64,000 bases of DNA from positions 24,178 to 88,177 of the forward strand of contig JACREZ010000040.1 of NCBI GenBank assembly GCA_016212665.1, written 5' to 3'. The number at the start of each line of letters is the position of its first letter. Positions within the stretch are counted from its first letter, which is position 1. The notes under the pieces were generated by a model. That model worked only from the letters and a program-made list of their open reading frames with translations, was not told the origin of the DNA and searched no databases. The translations under genes and the position numbers were made by a program. Below, piece after piece: positions 9,997 to 19,274 of the stretch. This stretch comes from Ignavibacteriota bacterium (GTDB lineage Bacteria > Bacteroidota > Ignavibacteria > UBA10030 > SZUA-254).

Positions 9997-10274
9997 TGAA
10001 GTATCTTTCTACAATTTTTTTATCCGGTTTGACTTTGTACAATAGCCGTGCCATTCATTTTTCTTGATTTGGAGACAAAATTAACATCTCCCCCGTTTTT
10101 CGTCTTGAATTCTACCCAAGTTTGTGGAGAAATAAATACGAAAATTTTTCTTAAAAGGATTGACTATTTGAAAAATTCTCTCTACCTTTACGGCGAACGG
10201 GGCAACTGCTGAAGCGTAAGGTGTAAAGCAGACGTCTTACTTTCTCGTCCAATGAAACATCTAACAGAAAATTT

Positions 10275-10664
10275 ATGAATCAACCGACAATATTAATTGT
10301 TGAAGATAGTCCGGGATTCGCCGAACTGCTCAAGTACGTAATAGAAGATGAAGGGTTCAAACCTGTCATATTTCCGCTCGAAGAAAATCTTATGGAGTGG
10401 GTCGAAAAGACGCACCCGACCGTCATCTGTATGGATCTCGCTCTCAACCGGATGAACGGGCTTGATTTTATTCATGAACTCAAGAAACATGCGAAACATA
10501 AACGCATACCGATTATTGTGATTACGGGACGGGACCTTTCTGTCAAGGAAATCACCGACCTAAAAGTTCATGAGGTAATGTATCTCAGGAAGGGAAGAGT
10601 TGACATGCATGAAATTCATCAGGCATTGAAAGAAGCAGTGAAGAAAACGAAAAACTCACACTAA
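10275..10664 (+). CDS. Stand-alone response-regulator receiver domain protein
   Basis: 'ILIVEDSPGFAELL…VICMDLALNRMNGLDFIHELKK…IPIIVITG' is a CheY-like receiver with no output domain. Confidence 0.8.
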   Translation: MNQPTILIVEDSPGFAELLKYVIEDEGFKPVIFPLEENLMEWVEKTHPTVICMDLALNRMNGLDFIHELKKHAKHKRIPIIVITGRDLSVKEITDLKVHEVMYLRKGRVDMHEIHQALKEAVKKTKNSH

Positions 10665-10686
10665 CTCTGTCAATGGGAGACAATCG

Positions 10687-12804
10687 TCATTCGTTCTTGG
10701 GTTTGAACCGAAGAACTCTCAGCCCGTTCAATATTACAACTAACGTCGCACCATCATCTGCGATGATTGCCATCCAGAGTGTTGCAACGCCGAACATTCC
10801 TAACACAAGAAACACAAGTTTTGTGAGTAGCGCTATGGCAATATTTTGTTTGATGATAGAAAGAGTTTTTTTGCTTAATGAAATGATGTGGGGAAGTTTT
10901 AATAACTCGTCCGACATCAACACAACATCAGACGCTTCAAGCGAAACATCGGTTCCGGTCTTTCCCATTGCAATCCCGACAGTTGCCGAAGCAAGCGCGG
11001 GGGCGTCGTTCACGCCGTCGCCAACCATCGCAACGGTGTTGTATTTCTCTTTTAACCTGTTGATATGGAGTAATTTCTCCTCCGGTAAGATTTGATACCA
11101 TACTTCATCAATGCCTACTCGCGCGGCGAATGGTCGCGCAATTGCTTCTGTGTCACCCGTTAACAAAATTATTTTACTCATTCCATCATCATGAAGTCTC
11201 TTGATAATGTGCGGCGCATCGGTTCGCATTTCATCCGCAATGGCGATTACTCCCAGGGGCTCCTGCTCAGTGGCAAGAATTACCGTTGATTTTCCTTCAC
11301 GTTCAAGTTCTTCCAACCGGTATTCTGTTTGTTGATTGCAAATGTTCATCTCTTCAATCAAGGAATGATTTCCAACAACATACAATTGTCCATCAACGAT
11401 AGCGCGAACTCCTTTTCCCGGAAGGGACTCGAACGAATGAACGAACATGTCGAATCGGGAAGTGTTGTGTTCGTTCGCTTTTTGAATGACCGCGTTTGCA
11501 AAATGATGTTCAGATTTCGATTCTACTGAGGCTGTAATTTTCAGTATTTCCTCTGCCGATAAGGAATTGAATGAAATGATGTCTGTGACAACCGGAGTTC
11601 CTTTTGTCAATGTTCCGGTTTTATCAAATGCTATTGCTCGTATTCTGCCGAGTAATTCCAAAAATTTTCCTCCTTTGATGAGAACTCCGTGACGAAGCGC
11701 GTTCGTCAATCCGCTCATAATGGTCACGGGAGTTGAAAGAACAAGCGCGCAGGGACAAGCAATGACTAATAACACTAAAGCCCGATACACCCACTCATCG
11801 AACGGTTGTCGGAACACAAGAGGCGGAATGAGAGCAATACAGCAAGCGAGTAGAAAAATTGCCGGAGAATAATACCGGGCAAATTGTTCGACGGTGTTTT
11901 GCATGGGAGCGCGGGATGATTGTGCATTCTCAACTAAGCGAATGACACGCGCAAGCATTGTGTCGGAGTATGGTTTTCTCACTTCCAGTTCAAGCGTTCC
12001 ACGTTCATTGAGGCTTCCTGCAAAAACTTCATCTCCAATGTTTTTTGCCGATGGCTTTGATTCGCCGGTGATTTGTGCCTGATTGACCGATGACGCGCCG
12101 GAAACCACAATACCATCCAACGGAATTCTTTCTCCCGGGCGGATGAGGATTCGTTCTTCAACATGAATGTCTCTTACATTGGCAACAACTTCTTTTCCGT
12201 CTCGTAGCACAATTGCAGTTTCCGGAGTCAATGACATCAGCGAGCGAAGCGCTCCGCGTGAACGTTTCAAACTCAGTTGTTCAAGAAGTTCTGCAAGTGC
12301 GAACAAAAACATCACCACTGCGGCTTCTTCCAATTTGTTGATAATGATTGCGCCGATGGTTGCAATCGTCATGAGAAAATTCATATCAAGGGAGAAGTTT
12401 TTCGCCGCCCTCACTCCTTTCCGAAGGACGTTCCATCCGCTGAGGAAAATGGAAAGAATGAATACAACCGTCGCAACGAATTCAAATTGAATCACAAAAG
12501 AAAAAAGGAAACCTGTCAACAACAATACTGATGAGGAAATCATCATTACCATTACGCCATGCAGTTTCCAAAAAGATTGTTCTTCGATGACGTCGTTTAA
12601 AAGTTCGACTTTGAATCCAACTTCGTTGAATGCGTTAAGAATGTTGTTGGTCAGACAGGTATGATGAACACTGACGGTTTTCTCGGCAAGATTTATCCCT
12701 CGCACTTCCGTGCCCGCGACGGTTTTTAGTTTTTTCCTGATGAGGAGTTCTTCCGTCGAACAGCAAAGATCGTTGACGACGAAGGTTGTTGTATGTGATT
12801 TCAT
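10687..12804 (-). CDS. cadA: Heavy-metal (Cd/Zn/Pb) translocating P1B-type ATPase
   Basis: TM 'CPC' ('IACPCALVLSTP'), 'DKTGTLT', 'GDGVNDAPAL', and an N-terminal metal-binding-like 'DLCCSTEE'. ATG at 12804 lies 1 nt after the arsR-family stop; the tracked TTG at 12834 is less likely. Confidence 0.9.
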   Translation of the reverse strand: MKSHTTTFVVNDLCCSTEELLIRKKLKTVAGTEVRGINLAEKTVSVHHTCLTNNILNAFNEVGFKVELLNDVIEEQSFWKLHGVMVMMISSSVLLLTGFLFSFVIQFEFVATVVFILSIFLSGWNVLRKGVRAAKNFSLDMNFLMTIATIGAIIINKLEEAAVVMFLFALAELLEQLSLKRSRGALRSLMSLTPETAIVLRDGKEVVANVRDIHVEERILIRPGERIPLDGIVVSGASSVNQAQITGESKPSAKNIGDEVFAGSLNERGTLELEVRKPYSDTMLARVIRLVENAQSSRAPMQNTVEQFARYYSPAIFLLACCIALIPPLVFRQPFDEWVYRALVLLVIACPCALVLSTPVTIMSGLTNALRHGVLIKGGKFLELLGRIRAIAFDKTGTLTKGTPVVTDIISFNSLSAEEILKITASVESKSEHHFANAVIQKANEHNTSRFDMFVHSFESLPGKGVRAIVDGQLYVVGNHSLIEEMNICNQQTEYRLEELEREGKSTVILATEQEPLGVIAIADEMRTDAPHIIKRLHDDGMSKIILLTGDTEAIARPFAARVGIDEVWYQILPEEKLLHINRLKEKYNTVAMVGDGVNDAPALASATVGIAMGKTGTDVSLEASDVVLMSDELLKLPHIISLSKKTLSIIKQNIAIALLTKLVFLVLGMFGVATLWMAIIADDGATLVVILNGLRVLRFKPKNE

Positions 12805-12805
12805 A

Positions 12806-13165
12806 TCAATCTTCCGAAACGTGCCTGATGGCAAACCGAAGAAGGTCTTCGATGTGTTCGTCGTCGAGCGTGTAATATGTCATTTTTCCTTTGCGGGTGA
12901 ACCGGACGAGGCGGAAATTTTTCAGGAGCCGGAGTTGGTGAGAAATTGCCGAATCAGTCATAGAAAGCAACGCCGCAATGTCGCAGACACACAGTTCTTC
13001 TTTGGAAAGTGCAAGCACGATTTTCAATCGGGTCGGGTCGCCGAGAATCTTAAACAATTCCGATAATTCAAATAGGGTTTCTTCATCATGGAGCGACTTC
13101 CGGGCAGAGTTGACCCTGTCCTTGTGGACATATTTTACTTCGCAGAGTTCATTTGATTTTTTCAT
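12806..13165 (-). CDS. ArsR/SmtB-family metal-sensing repressor (CadC-like)
   Basis: 'LFKILGDPTRLKIVLALSKEELCVCDIAALLSMTDSAISHQLRLLK' is a winged HTH with the CxC metal site. It sits directly upstream of the ATPase in the same operon. Confidence 0.85.
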   Translation of the reverse strand: MKKSNELCEVKYVHKDRVNSARKSLHDEETLFELSELFKILGDPTRLKIVLALSKEELCVCDIAALLSMTDSAISHQLRLLKNFRLVRFTRKGKMTYYTLDDEHIEDLLRFAIRHVSED

Positions 13166-13464
13166 ATCAGTAACATAAGAACGATTGAACAGTTATTCAT
13201 ACGTTGCAATATACGCGGCGGCTACGTTATTGCAAAATCATAAATGGATGGGGAAATTTTGTGCCGTTGCTTTTGAATATTGTTTTTAATACATTGACTG
13301 CCACTAAATTTGAGTGTACTTATGAAATCAATCAATATTCATGGCAACTTCCATTTCAGGAACGGAATGTCATGTTTGCGCGATTTCATTCACCCGGATT
13401 CTTCTCTCCTTACTCTGTACTTACAAAACACAACGATTCAATCTCAACTACATACTACTATCCT

Positions 13465-14562
13465 ATGAAACTGACTGAAAAATTCATCCGCACGTTACCG
13501 AAAGTTTTACTCCACGACCACCTCGACGGCGGCTTACGTCCGCAAACAGTTATCGAATTAGCAAAGGATGTTAAATACAAAAAACTCCCTACTTCCGATG
13601 CAGGCGAACTTGCCGAATGGTTTCATCAGGGCGCACAACGCGGGAGTTTGCCTCTGTACTTAGAAGGCTTCGACCACACATGCGGAGTGATGCAAACGGA
13701 AGACGCTCTCGAACGGGTCTCATATGAAATGATGGAAGATATGAAGAAGGATGGAGTTGTGTATGTGGAAACGCGGTTTGCGCCGGTGTTTCATACAAAG
13801 AAAAAACTTCATTGGGATGAAGTTGTATCAGCAGTGCTACGAGGACTTGAACGAGGGAAGAAAGATTTTGGTGTTGAGTATGGGTTGATTATCTGCGCAA
13901 TGCGGAACATGCAACTTTCACTGGAGATGGCGGAACTTGCAGTTGATTTCCGTGAACGTGGCGTTGTCGGGTTTGACCTTGCCGGCGAAGAAGGCGGTTA
14001 TCCTCCAAAGAAACATGTTGATGCATTCCATTTAATCCAACGGGAAAATTTTAATATCACCATTCACGCCGGGGAAGGATTCGGGAAAGAATCAATCTGG
14101 CAGGCGATTCAATGGTGCGGCGCACATCGCATCGGACATGCAACGCGTCTCATTGATGACATCAAACTTGCTGACGATGACCCGACGGAAATAGTGAATA
14201 TGGGCTATCTTGCTCAGTACGTGTTAGATAAACGTATTCCGCTCGAAATGTGCCTGACAAGCAATGTTGATACCGGCGCGGTGCGAAGTCTTGAAGAACA
14301 TCCGTTCGGAATTTACTACCGCTACAAATTCCGCGTTACGTTGAACACCGATGACCGGCTAATGAGCAATACCACGCTCTCGAAGGAATTTAAACTCGCC
14401 CAGGATGTGTTCGGCTTGAAGTTGGATGAATTGGAAAAACTATCCATCAACGCAATGAAGAGTGCGTTCCTTCCCTATAAAAAACGTATCGGGATTATTT
14501 ATGATGTAATTAAACCGGGATATAAAGCGGCGCGAGAAAAATTGAAATCAAAGAAAAAATAA
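13465..14562 (+). CDS. add: Adenosine deaminase
   Basis: 'LPKVLLHDHLDGGLRPQTVIELAK', 'ITIHAGE', 'HRIGHA…', 'SLNTDDRLMS' are ADA Zn-ligand motifs. Start set at the internal ATG 'MKLTEKF'; the tracked 5' extension from 13204 is non-conserved. Confidence 0.85.
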   Translation: MKLTEKFIRTLPKVLLHDHLDGGLRPQTVIELAKDVKYKKLPTSDAGELAEWFHQGAQRGSLPLYLEGFDHTCGVMQTEDALERVSYEMMEDMKKDGVVYVETRFAPVFHTKKKLHWDEVVSAVLRGLERGKKDFGVEYGLIICAMRNMQLSLEMAELAVDFRERGVVGFDLAGEEGGYPPKKHVDAFHLIQRENFNITIHAGEGFGKESIWQAIQWCGAHRIGHATRLIDDIKLADDDPTEIVNMGYLAQYVLDKRIPLEMCLTSNVDTGAVRSLEEHPFGIYYRYKFRVTLNTDDRLMSNTTLSKEFKLAQDVFGLKLDELEKLSINAMKSAFLPYKKRIGIIYDVIKPGYKAAREKLKSKKK

Positions 14563-14643
14563 ATCTGCATCCGAATTCTTTTTCGTCGTTTCCTTGGCGT
14601 GTCAGATTCAGAGATTCGGGGTAAGTATCCAATAAGATATTTG

Positions 14644-15777
14644 CTACTCCGTTTTCCCGGGCGTGGGTACGATTTGAGCATATACTGCTTCAATACTATC
14701 AACCATAATGTTGATGGTGAATTTCTGCAATAATATTTTCCGGCTCTGCTTTGCCATTATTTCGCGAACATCCTTGTTTACAATAAGAACACGTAACTTC
14801 TCGGTAATTGATTTCACATCTTTCTCGTTAAGTACAAATCCGTTCACTCCTTCCTCTACCATCGCGGCAACATCACCGACTCGAGTTACGACGACAGGAA
14901 GTTCCTGGGCAAGCGCCTGAAGCACGGCGAATGGAAATGTTTCGCCACATCCTTCGATGCTTGTATGTGCATACACATCAAACGCGGAGTAGCACGCAGG
15001 AAGGTCGTCGCGGAAACCGGCAAAGAAAATTTTATTTTCTGTTTGTAGTGTTGGGTTTATCGCTTTTAGTTTTTCGTGAAGTTCCCCATCGCCGATGATA
15101 AGGAGGCGCGCACGGGGATGGAGCAATGCAATTTCCGCAAATGCCTTGATAAGATATTCCTGTCCTTTCATAGGTACAAGCCGCCCGACATTTCCTACAA
15201 CAATATGCTCATCATTTAGACCAAACTCCGCTCGCACTCTACGCCGTTGCTCATCATTCCGAGACATAGATTCCGGGTCAACGCCAAGATACACAACCGA
15301 AATTTTATCCGTTGAAATTTTATCTCCCCGAACGAGTAACTCTTTCACACAAATACCATCAACAAGAAAATGGTCGGTTGCCCATTTGTTCCGTATCCAG
15401 TGCGTGAGATTATGCTGAAGCGAATGAAAACTGTGAACGTTCGTTACATGCTTCACTCCGCAAAGCCATGCGGCAAACGCTCCGGCTGTTCTATCGTAAT
15501 TCGTATTTGTGTGAACAATCTGAATGTTGTGTTGCTGAATAATGTGCTTTAGATTCATCACAAATGAAACGAGTTTTCCCTGCGGCGGGAAATCAAGCGG
15601 CAACGTGACTACACCGGCATCATTACATTTCTTACATAGCAAATTATCCGGTTTGCATGTAACAATGATGTTGTGTCCTCGTTTTTTTAGTTCGCACGCA
15701 AGTTCGAGAACGTAAAACTCTCCGCCTCCGTACATATCGGACGAGTTGGTGAGAAGAATGTTGAAGCGCGGTTTCAC
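14644..15777 (-). CDS. Glycosyltransferase family 4
   Basis: GT-B fold with 'EGCGETFPFAVLQALAQELPVVVTRVGDVAAMVEEGVNGFV', the E-x7-E-like motif region. Confidence 0.8.
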   Translation of the reverse strand: MKPRFNILLTNSSDMYGGGEFYVLELACELKKRGHNIIVTCKPDNLLCKKCNDAGVVTLPLDFPPQGKLVSFVMNLKHIIQQHNIQIVHTNTNYDRTAGAFAAWLCGVKHVTNVHSFHSLQHNLTHWIRNKWATDHFLVDGICVKELLVRGDKISTDKISVVYLGVDPESMSRNDEQRRRVRAEFGLNDEHIVVGNVGRLVPMKGQEYLIKAFAEIALLHPRARLLIIGDGELHEKLKAINPTLQTENKIFFAGFRDDLPACYSAFDVYAHTSIEGCGETFPFAVLQALAQELPVVVTRVGDVAAMVEEGVNGFVLNEKDVKSITEKLRVLIVNKDVREIMAKQSRKILLQKFTINIMVDSIEAVYAQIVPTPGKTE

Positions 15778-16619
15778 AATGAATATTGTTCCGGTCTTCG
15801 GTCGGCAAGCAGGTCGTTGAATTCGTTCAGCCGCTTGTTCTTTGCTTGCAACAAATCAACTTCGACGACGATAATTTCGGGTTTGTCATCGCTGCATCGG
15901 GCAAGAATTTTGCCTCTGTTCGACACAATCTGACTTGTTCCGATGTAGGTCATATTTATATCGTTGCGATTTTCAACACCAATACGATTTGCCGTTGCTG
16001 CGAAAATTTTATTTTCCAAACAACGTGTTATCATCGCATCGGGACAATACGGAAGAACGAGATTCGCCGGATGGGCGATTAACTGCGCGCCTTCTAACGC
16101 AAGTGTGCGTGCGCTTTCAGGGTAGAACCAATCGAAGCAAATCATCATCCCGATTGTTCCGAACGGTAAATCAAACACAGGAAATCCGAGATTTCCCGGA
16201 GAAAAGAAAAGTTTCTCCCGGTAATAAAGGTGAACTTTTCTGTACTTGCCTATCAATCCATCCGGACCGACGAGAGCGGAAGAGTTAAAATATTTTGGTT
16301 CTCGGTTGACAGTTAACGGTTGATTGTTTTCAATACTAATTACCGAGGACTTGCTACTGACTACTTTTTCAGCATATCCATACACAACGTAACAGGAATT
16401 CTTCGATGCAAATTCAGCAACGCGTTGCATCGTCAACCCGGAGTCATCTTCCGAACATTCTTCAATTTCGTTTTGGGTTTGAAAATTATATCCCGTATTA
16501 AACAATTCGGGAAGAACGAAGAGATTTGCTTCGACCGACTTCATCAGAGACAACGAGTCATCTACATTTTTTTGAATTTGACCAAAAACGGGGTTTGTTT
16601 GGACGATTGCGAGTTTCAT
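15774..16619 (-). CDS. Carbon-nitrogen hydrolase (nitrilase-superfamily) protein
   Basis: 'MKLAIVQTNPVFGQIQKNV…LFVLPELFNTGYNF…MMICFDWFYPE' gives the E-K-C catalytic-triad context. 4-bp overlap with the GT4 gene. Confidence 0.8.
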   Translation of the reverse strand: MKLAIVQTNPVFGQIQKNVDDSLSLMKSVEANLFVLPELFNTGYNFQTQNEIEECSEDDSGLTMQRVAEFASKNSCYVVYGYAEKVVSSKSSVISIENNQPLTVNREPKYFNSSALVGPDGLIGKYRKVHLYYREKLFFSPGNLGFPVFDLPFGTIGMMICFDWFYPESARTLALEGAQLIAHPANLVLPYCPDAMITRCLENKIFAATANRIGVENRNDINMTYIGTSQIVSNRGKILARCSDDKPEIIVVEVDLLQAKNKRLNEFNDLLADRRPEQYSL

Positions 16620-16900
16620 AGTGTGGCATGAAAATACAATTTCTGCGGGGGAGATTCAAATATCAAAAAAATTAGTGAAACCTATTGCTATTCAACCGAA
16701 AACTCCTTATGTTTCATGTGCAAATAACAGTACACCGTTGTTTACTCTGTTTTGATTCACGCTGTATCCCGTAACGTAATTGGTGCGTGTCGCAGTGAGA
16801 AGGAAAGTTCAGCCGGTCAATCACCGGAAATAATTTCCCGGATCAAGAGCAACAAGCAAGGCGTACACAATGTATCATCAATTACGAAAGGACGGTTCCT

Positions 16901-17104
16901 ATGGAACAAGGAACAGTCAAGTGGTTCAATCGGACCAAAGGCTTTGGCTTTATCGCACGTCAATCCGGTAGCGATGTGTTTGTTCATTTCAAATCGCTCG
17001 TCGGTGAGGGATTCAAAAACCTCAACGAAGGTGACAAAGTGGAATTTGAAGTCGAAGAAGGACCGAAAGGACTGCAGGCAGCAAAGGTTACTGTATTGAA
17101 ATAA
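16901..17104 (+). CDS. cspA: Cold-shock protein (CspA family)
   Basis: '[30 protein letters not shown]' contains the RNP-1 and RNP-2 motifs. It is preceded by a ~280-nt leader. Confidence 0.9.
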   Translation: MEQGTVKWFNRTKGFGFIARQSGSDVFVHFKSLVGEGFKNLNEGDKVEFEVEEGPKGLQAAKVTVLK

Positions 17105-17127
17105 TCGCTACTGCTTTTTTACCTTAA

Positions 17128-17160
17128 AACCCCGTTTGTTGTACGACGGGGTTTTTTATT
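17128..17160. terminator. Rho-independent terminator (bidirectional) after cspA / amidohydrolase
   Basis: 'AACCCCGTttgttgtacgACGGGGTT' followed by 'TTTTATT', with an A/T run on the opposite side as well. Confidence 0.7.
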
Positions 17161-17164
17161 GAAC

Positions 17165-18502
17165 TCAAAGTTTTCTCAACCTCTCCCACAACTTCTTGGC
17201 TGATTTCCTTGCCTTGTTCATGATGCTCTCAACTTCAATTCCGGGAAACTGCCGGTTCCACACAATCCATTTCCCACCGACCATCACCGATTCAACATTC
17301 GCTGAACGCATGCCAAACAAAAAATGTCCGGCAAGATTTTCTTTTGTTACCGGTGTCGGTGATTGATAATCAAGCACGAGCAAATCAGCAACACTTCCAG
17401 CATTCAATGTTCCGAATTTTTGCTGAAAAATTTCGGAAATCAAAGTTTGCCCGCCAGTTGCTAACTTACTGAAGTCGGGTGATTGGTGAGTCGTGAATGG
17501 TGAGTGAGTTTTCCTGTTCATATCCCAAGACTCATATCTCATATCTTTGCTTTTGAAGAAAGCTGTTCTCGCTTCCTCAAACATATCTCCCGGAAAGCCA
17601 TCCGTCCCAAGCGCTACTCGCTCGCCGAAGAGATGAACCGGCGCATACCCAACCGCGTTGTTCATGTTCGAGCGGGGATTATGCACCAACCAACAGTTGT
17701 GTTGATGAATTGTCTGAAAATCTTTATGCGAATGATGAATACAGTGAGCAAGGATTGATTCTTTTTTCAAAATGTTCCATTGCTTCAATCGTTCAGCAAC
17801 TGATTGGCGATAGTTTTCTTCCGCATCAACAATATCGCATTTATCTTCTGCGGCGTGAATGTGAACACCGGTTTGATTTCGCTCAGCCATTTCTCCAAGC
17901 AACCGGAGCGACTCATTTCCAAGAGTGAACGAAGCATGTGCGCCAACCATTCCGCGAAACTGTTGATTGGTTTTGTTTGCCTGAATGAAACGCTCGTTTT
18001 CCAACAATCCCTTGTTCCGTTCGTTCATTCCGCCACGGTCGGTTACTTCGTAGCAAAGGACGCCGCGCAAACCAACTTCGTTCATCGCTTGTTTGATAAT
18101 ATCGAGCGAACCGTCAATTGCTTTTGGTGACGCGTGATGGTCAATCAACGTCGTGGTTCCGCAGAGAGCCGCTTCGATTGCGCCAACGAACGCACTATAA
18201 TAGATGGATTCTTCATCAAGCGCACGGTCAAGTTTCCACCAAATCTTCAGCAAAATTTCCAGAAAATTTTTCGGAGGAATTTTCGGCGCAGACATTCCCC
18301 TCGCAAGACTCGAGTACAAATGCGTATGCGCATTGACAAAACCCGGCATGACTATTTTTCCGGTAAGGTCAATAATTTCTTCACCACGTCGTGGAGTGAT
18401 TTGTTTCTTTTGTTCGGTTATTTTGCCGTTTTCGATTCTGACATCAACATTGATAACCTTCGATGAGGATAGAACGGCAAGTGAACAATTTTTTAAAATC
18501 AT
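17165..18502 (-). CDS. Metal-dependent amidohydrolase (SsnA/chlorohydrolase/aminohydrolase-like)
   Basis: 'IVMPGFVNAHTHLYSSLARGM' is the HxH motif of the TIM-barrel amidohydrolase superfamily, with downstream His/Asp ligands. Confidence 0.75.
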   Translation of the reverse strand: MILKNCSLAVLSSSKVINVDVRIENGKITEQKKQITPRRGEEIIDLTGKIVMPGFVNAHTHLYSSLARGMSAPKIPPKNFLEILLKIWWKLDRALDEESIYYSAFVGAIEAALCGTTTLIDHHASPKAIDGSLDIIKQAMNEVGLRGVLCYEVTDRGGMNERNKGLLENERFIQANKTNQQFRGMVGAHASFTLGNESLRLLGEMAERNQTGVHIHAAEDKCDIVDAEENYRQSVAERLKQWNILKKESILAHCIHHSHKDFQTIHQHNCWLVHNPRSNMNNAVGYAPVHLFGERVALGTDGFPGDMFEEARTAFFKSKDMRYESWDMNRKTHSPFTTHQSPDFSKLATGGQTLISEIFQQKFGTLNAGSVADLLVLDYQSPTPVTKENLAGHFLFGMRSANVESVMVGGKWIVWNRQFPGIEVESIMNKARKSAKKLWERLRKL

Positions 18503-18520
18503 AAATCTTGTTCGGTAGGA

Positions 18521-18925
18521 TTAAATAAAGTTTCGTTTACGAAGCCACTGATGCGCCCACGAAACAAACTCCTTGGCATCGTCACACATCAAACGGGCAT
18601 CGTTCTCGCTCACCGACATCCAATCATCATAGTCTCCCTGATTCCGCAATGTGAAAGCACGATGAAGCATCTTCGACCATGTTGTCTCAACTTCATTTGT
18701 CCTGACAAAATTTTTATCGAACAATGCCAGTACACCCGTATGCTTCGAACTTCCTAAATTCTTTGATAAGAGAATGGCAAGCGTTGCATAGAACATCGCG
18801 TAGTAAGCACGGTTCGCAGCGCCAAACGATTGACCGATTCCCAGCAATGTCTCTGCTTGTGTTACCGCATCGTTCGCTTGTTGCAAACGACGAGACATCA
18901 ACGCAGAAATATCGCCCTGATTCAT
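18521..18925 (-). CDS. HEPN-domain protein (HepT-like toxin)
   Basis: 'ANRAYYAMFYATLAILLSKNLGSSKHTGVLALF' is a HEPN helix pair. Start set at 'MNQGDISAL', giving the 4-bp ATGA overlap with the upstream MNT gene. Confidence 0.7.
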   Translation of the reverse strand: MNQGDISALMSRRLQQANDAVTQAETLLGIGQSFGAANRAYYAMFYATLAILLSKNLGSSKHTGVLALFDKNFVRTNEVETTWSKMLHRAFTLRNQGDYDDWMSVSENDARLMCDDAKEFVSWAHQWLRKRNFI

Positions 18926-19272
18926 AACGAAATTCCGGATTGATACACAGAAGTTATGAACGGTGAGGAGCGCCTTGGTGTTTTCCAAATCTCCGATGAA
19001 CCATAAACCCATACTTGGAACACGATATTATTTTCCATACCGGTCTTCCAGGCAAGGTCTTGTATTACCTGTTCAAGGGTTGATTTTTTTTCGGAATCGG
19101 GAACTTCGACCAACATATCCACATCGCTCTCTTCCAAGTTCGTTCTGTTTGCCGTCGAACCGTATAACAATATTTTTGCATCACGGCAATAAGAATGGAT
19201 AGCATCAGCAAGTTCTTTTGCAACAAGCACTCTGTCAGGTTTCGGAGATTGTGATTCAATAAGCATGGTCAA
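18922..19272 (-). CDS. Minimal nucleotidyltransferase (MntA-like antitoxin)
   Basis: 'AKILLYGSTANRTNLEESDVDMLVEV' is the GSx9-13DxD polymerase-beta-type NTase motif. Confidence 0.75.
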   Translation of the reverse strand: MTMLIESQSPKPDRVLVAKELADAIHSYCRDAKILLYGSTANRTNLEESDVDMLVEVPDSEKKSTLEQVIQDLAWKTGMENNIVFQVWVYGSSEIWKTPRRSSPFITSVYQSGISL

Positions 19273-19274
19273 TG

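Noticed and set aside
13204-13464. 87-codon N-terminal extension of the adenosine deaminase ORF
   Set aside because: The extension is non-conserved and hydrophobic/aromatic junk. ADA homology begins at the internal ATG (13465), which gives the normal ~365-aa size.
16752-17099. 115-aa ORF overlapping cspA in another frame
   Set aside because: cspA is unambiguous (RNP motifs), so the overlapping frame is spurious.
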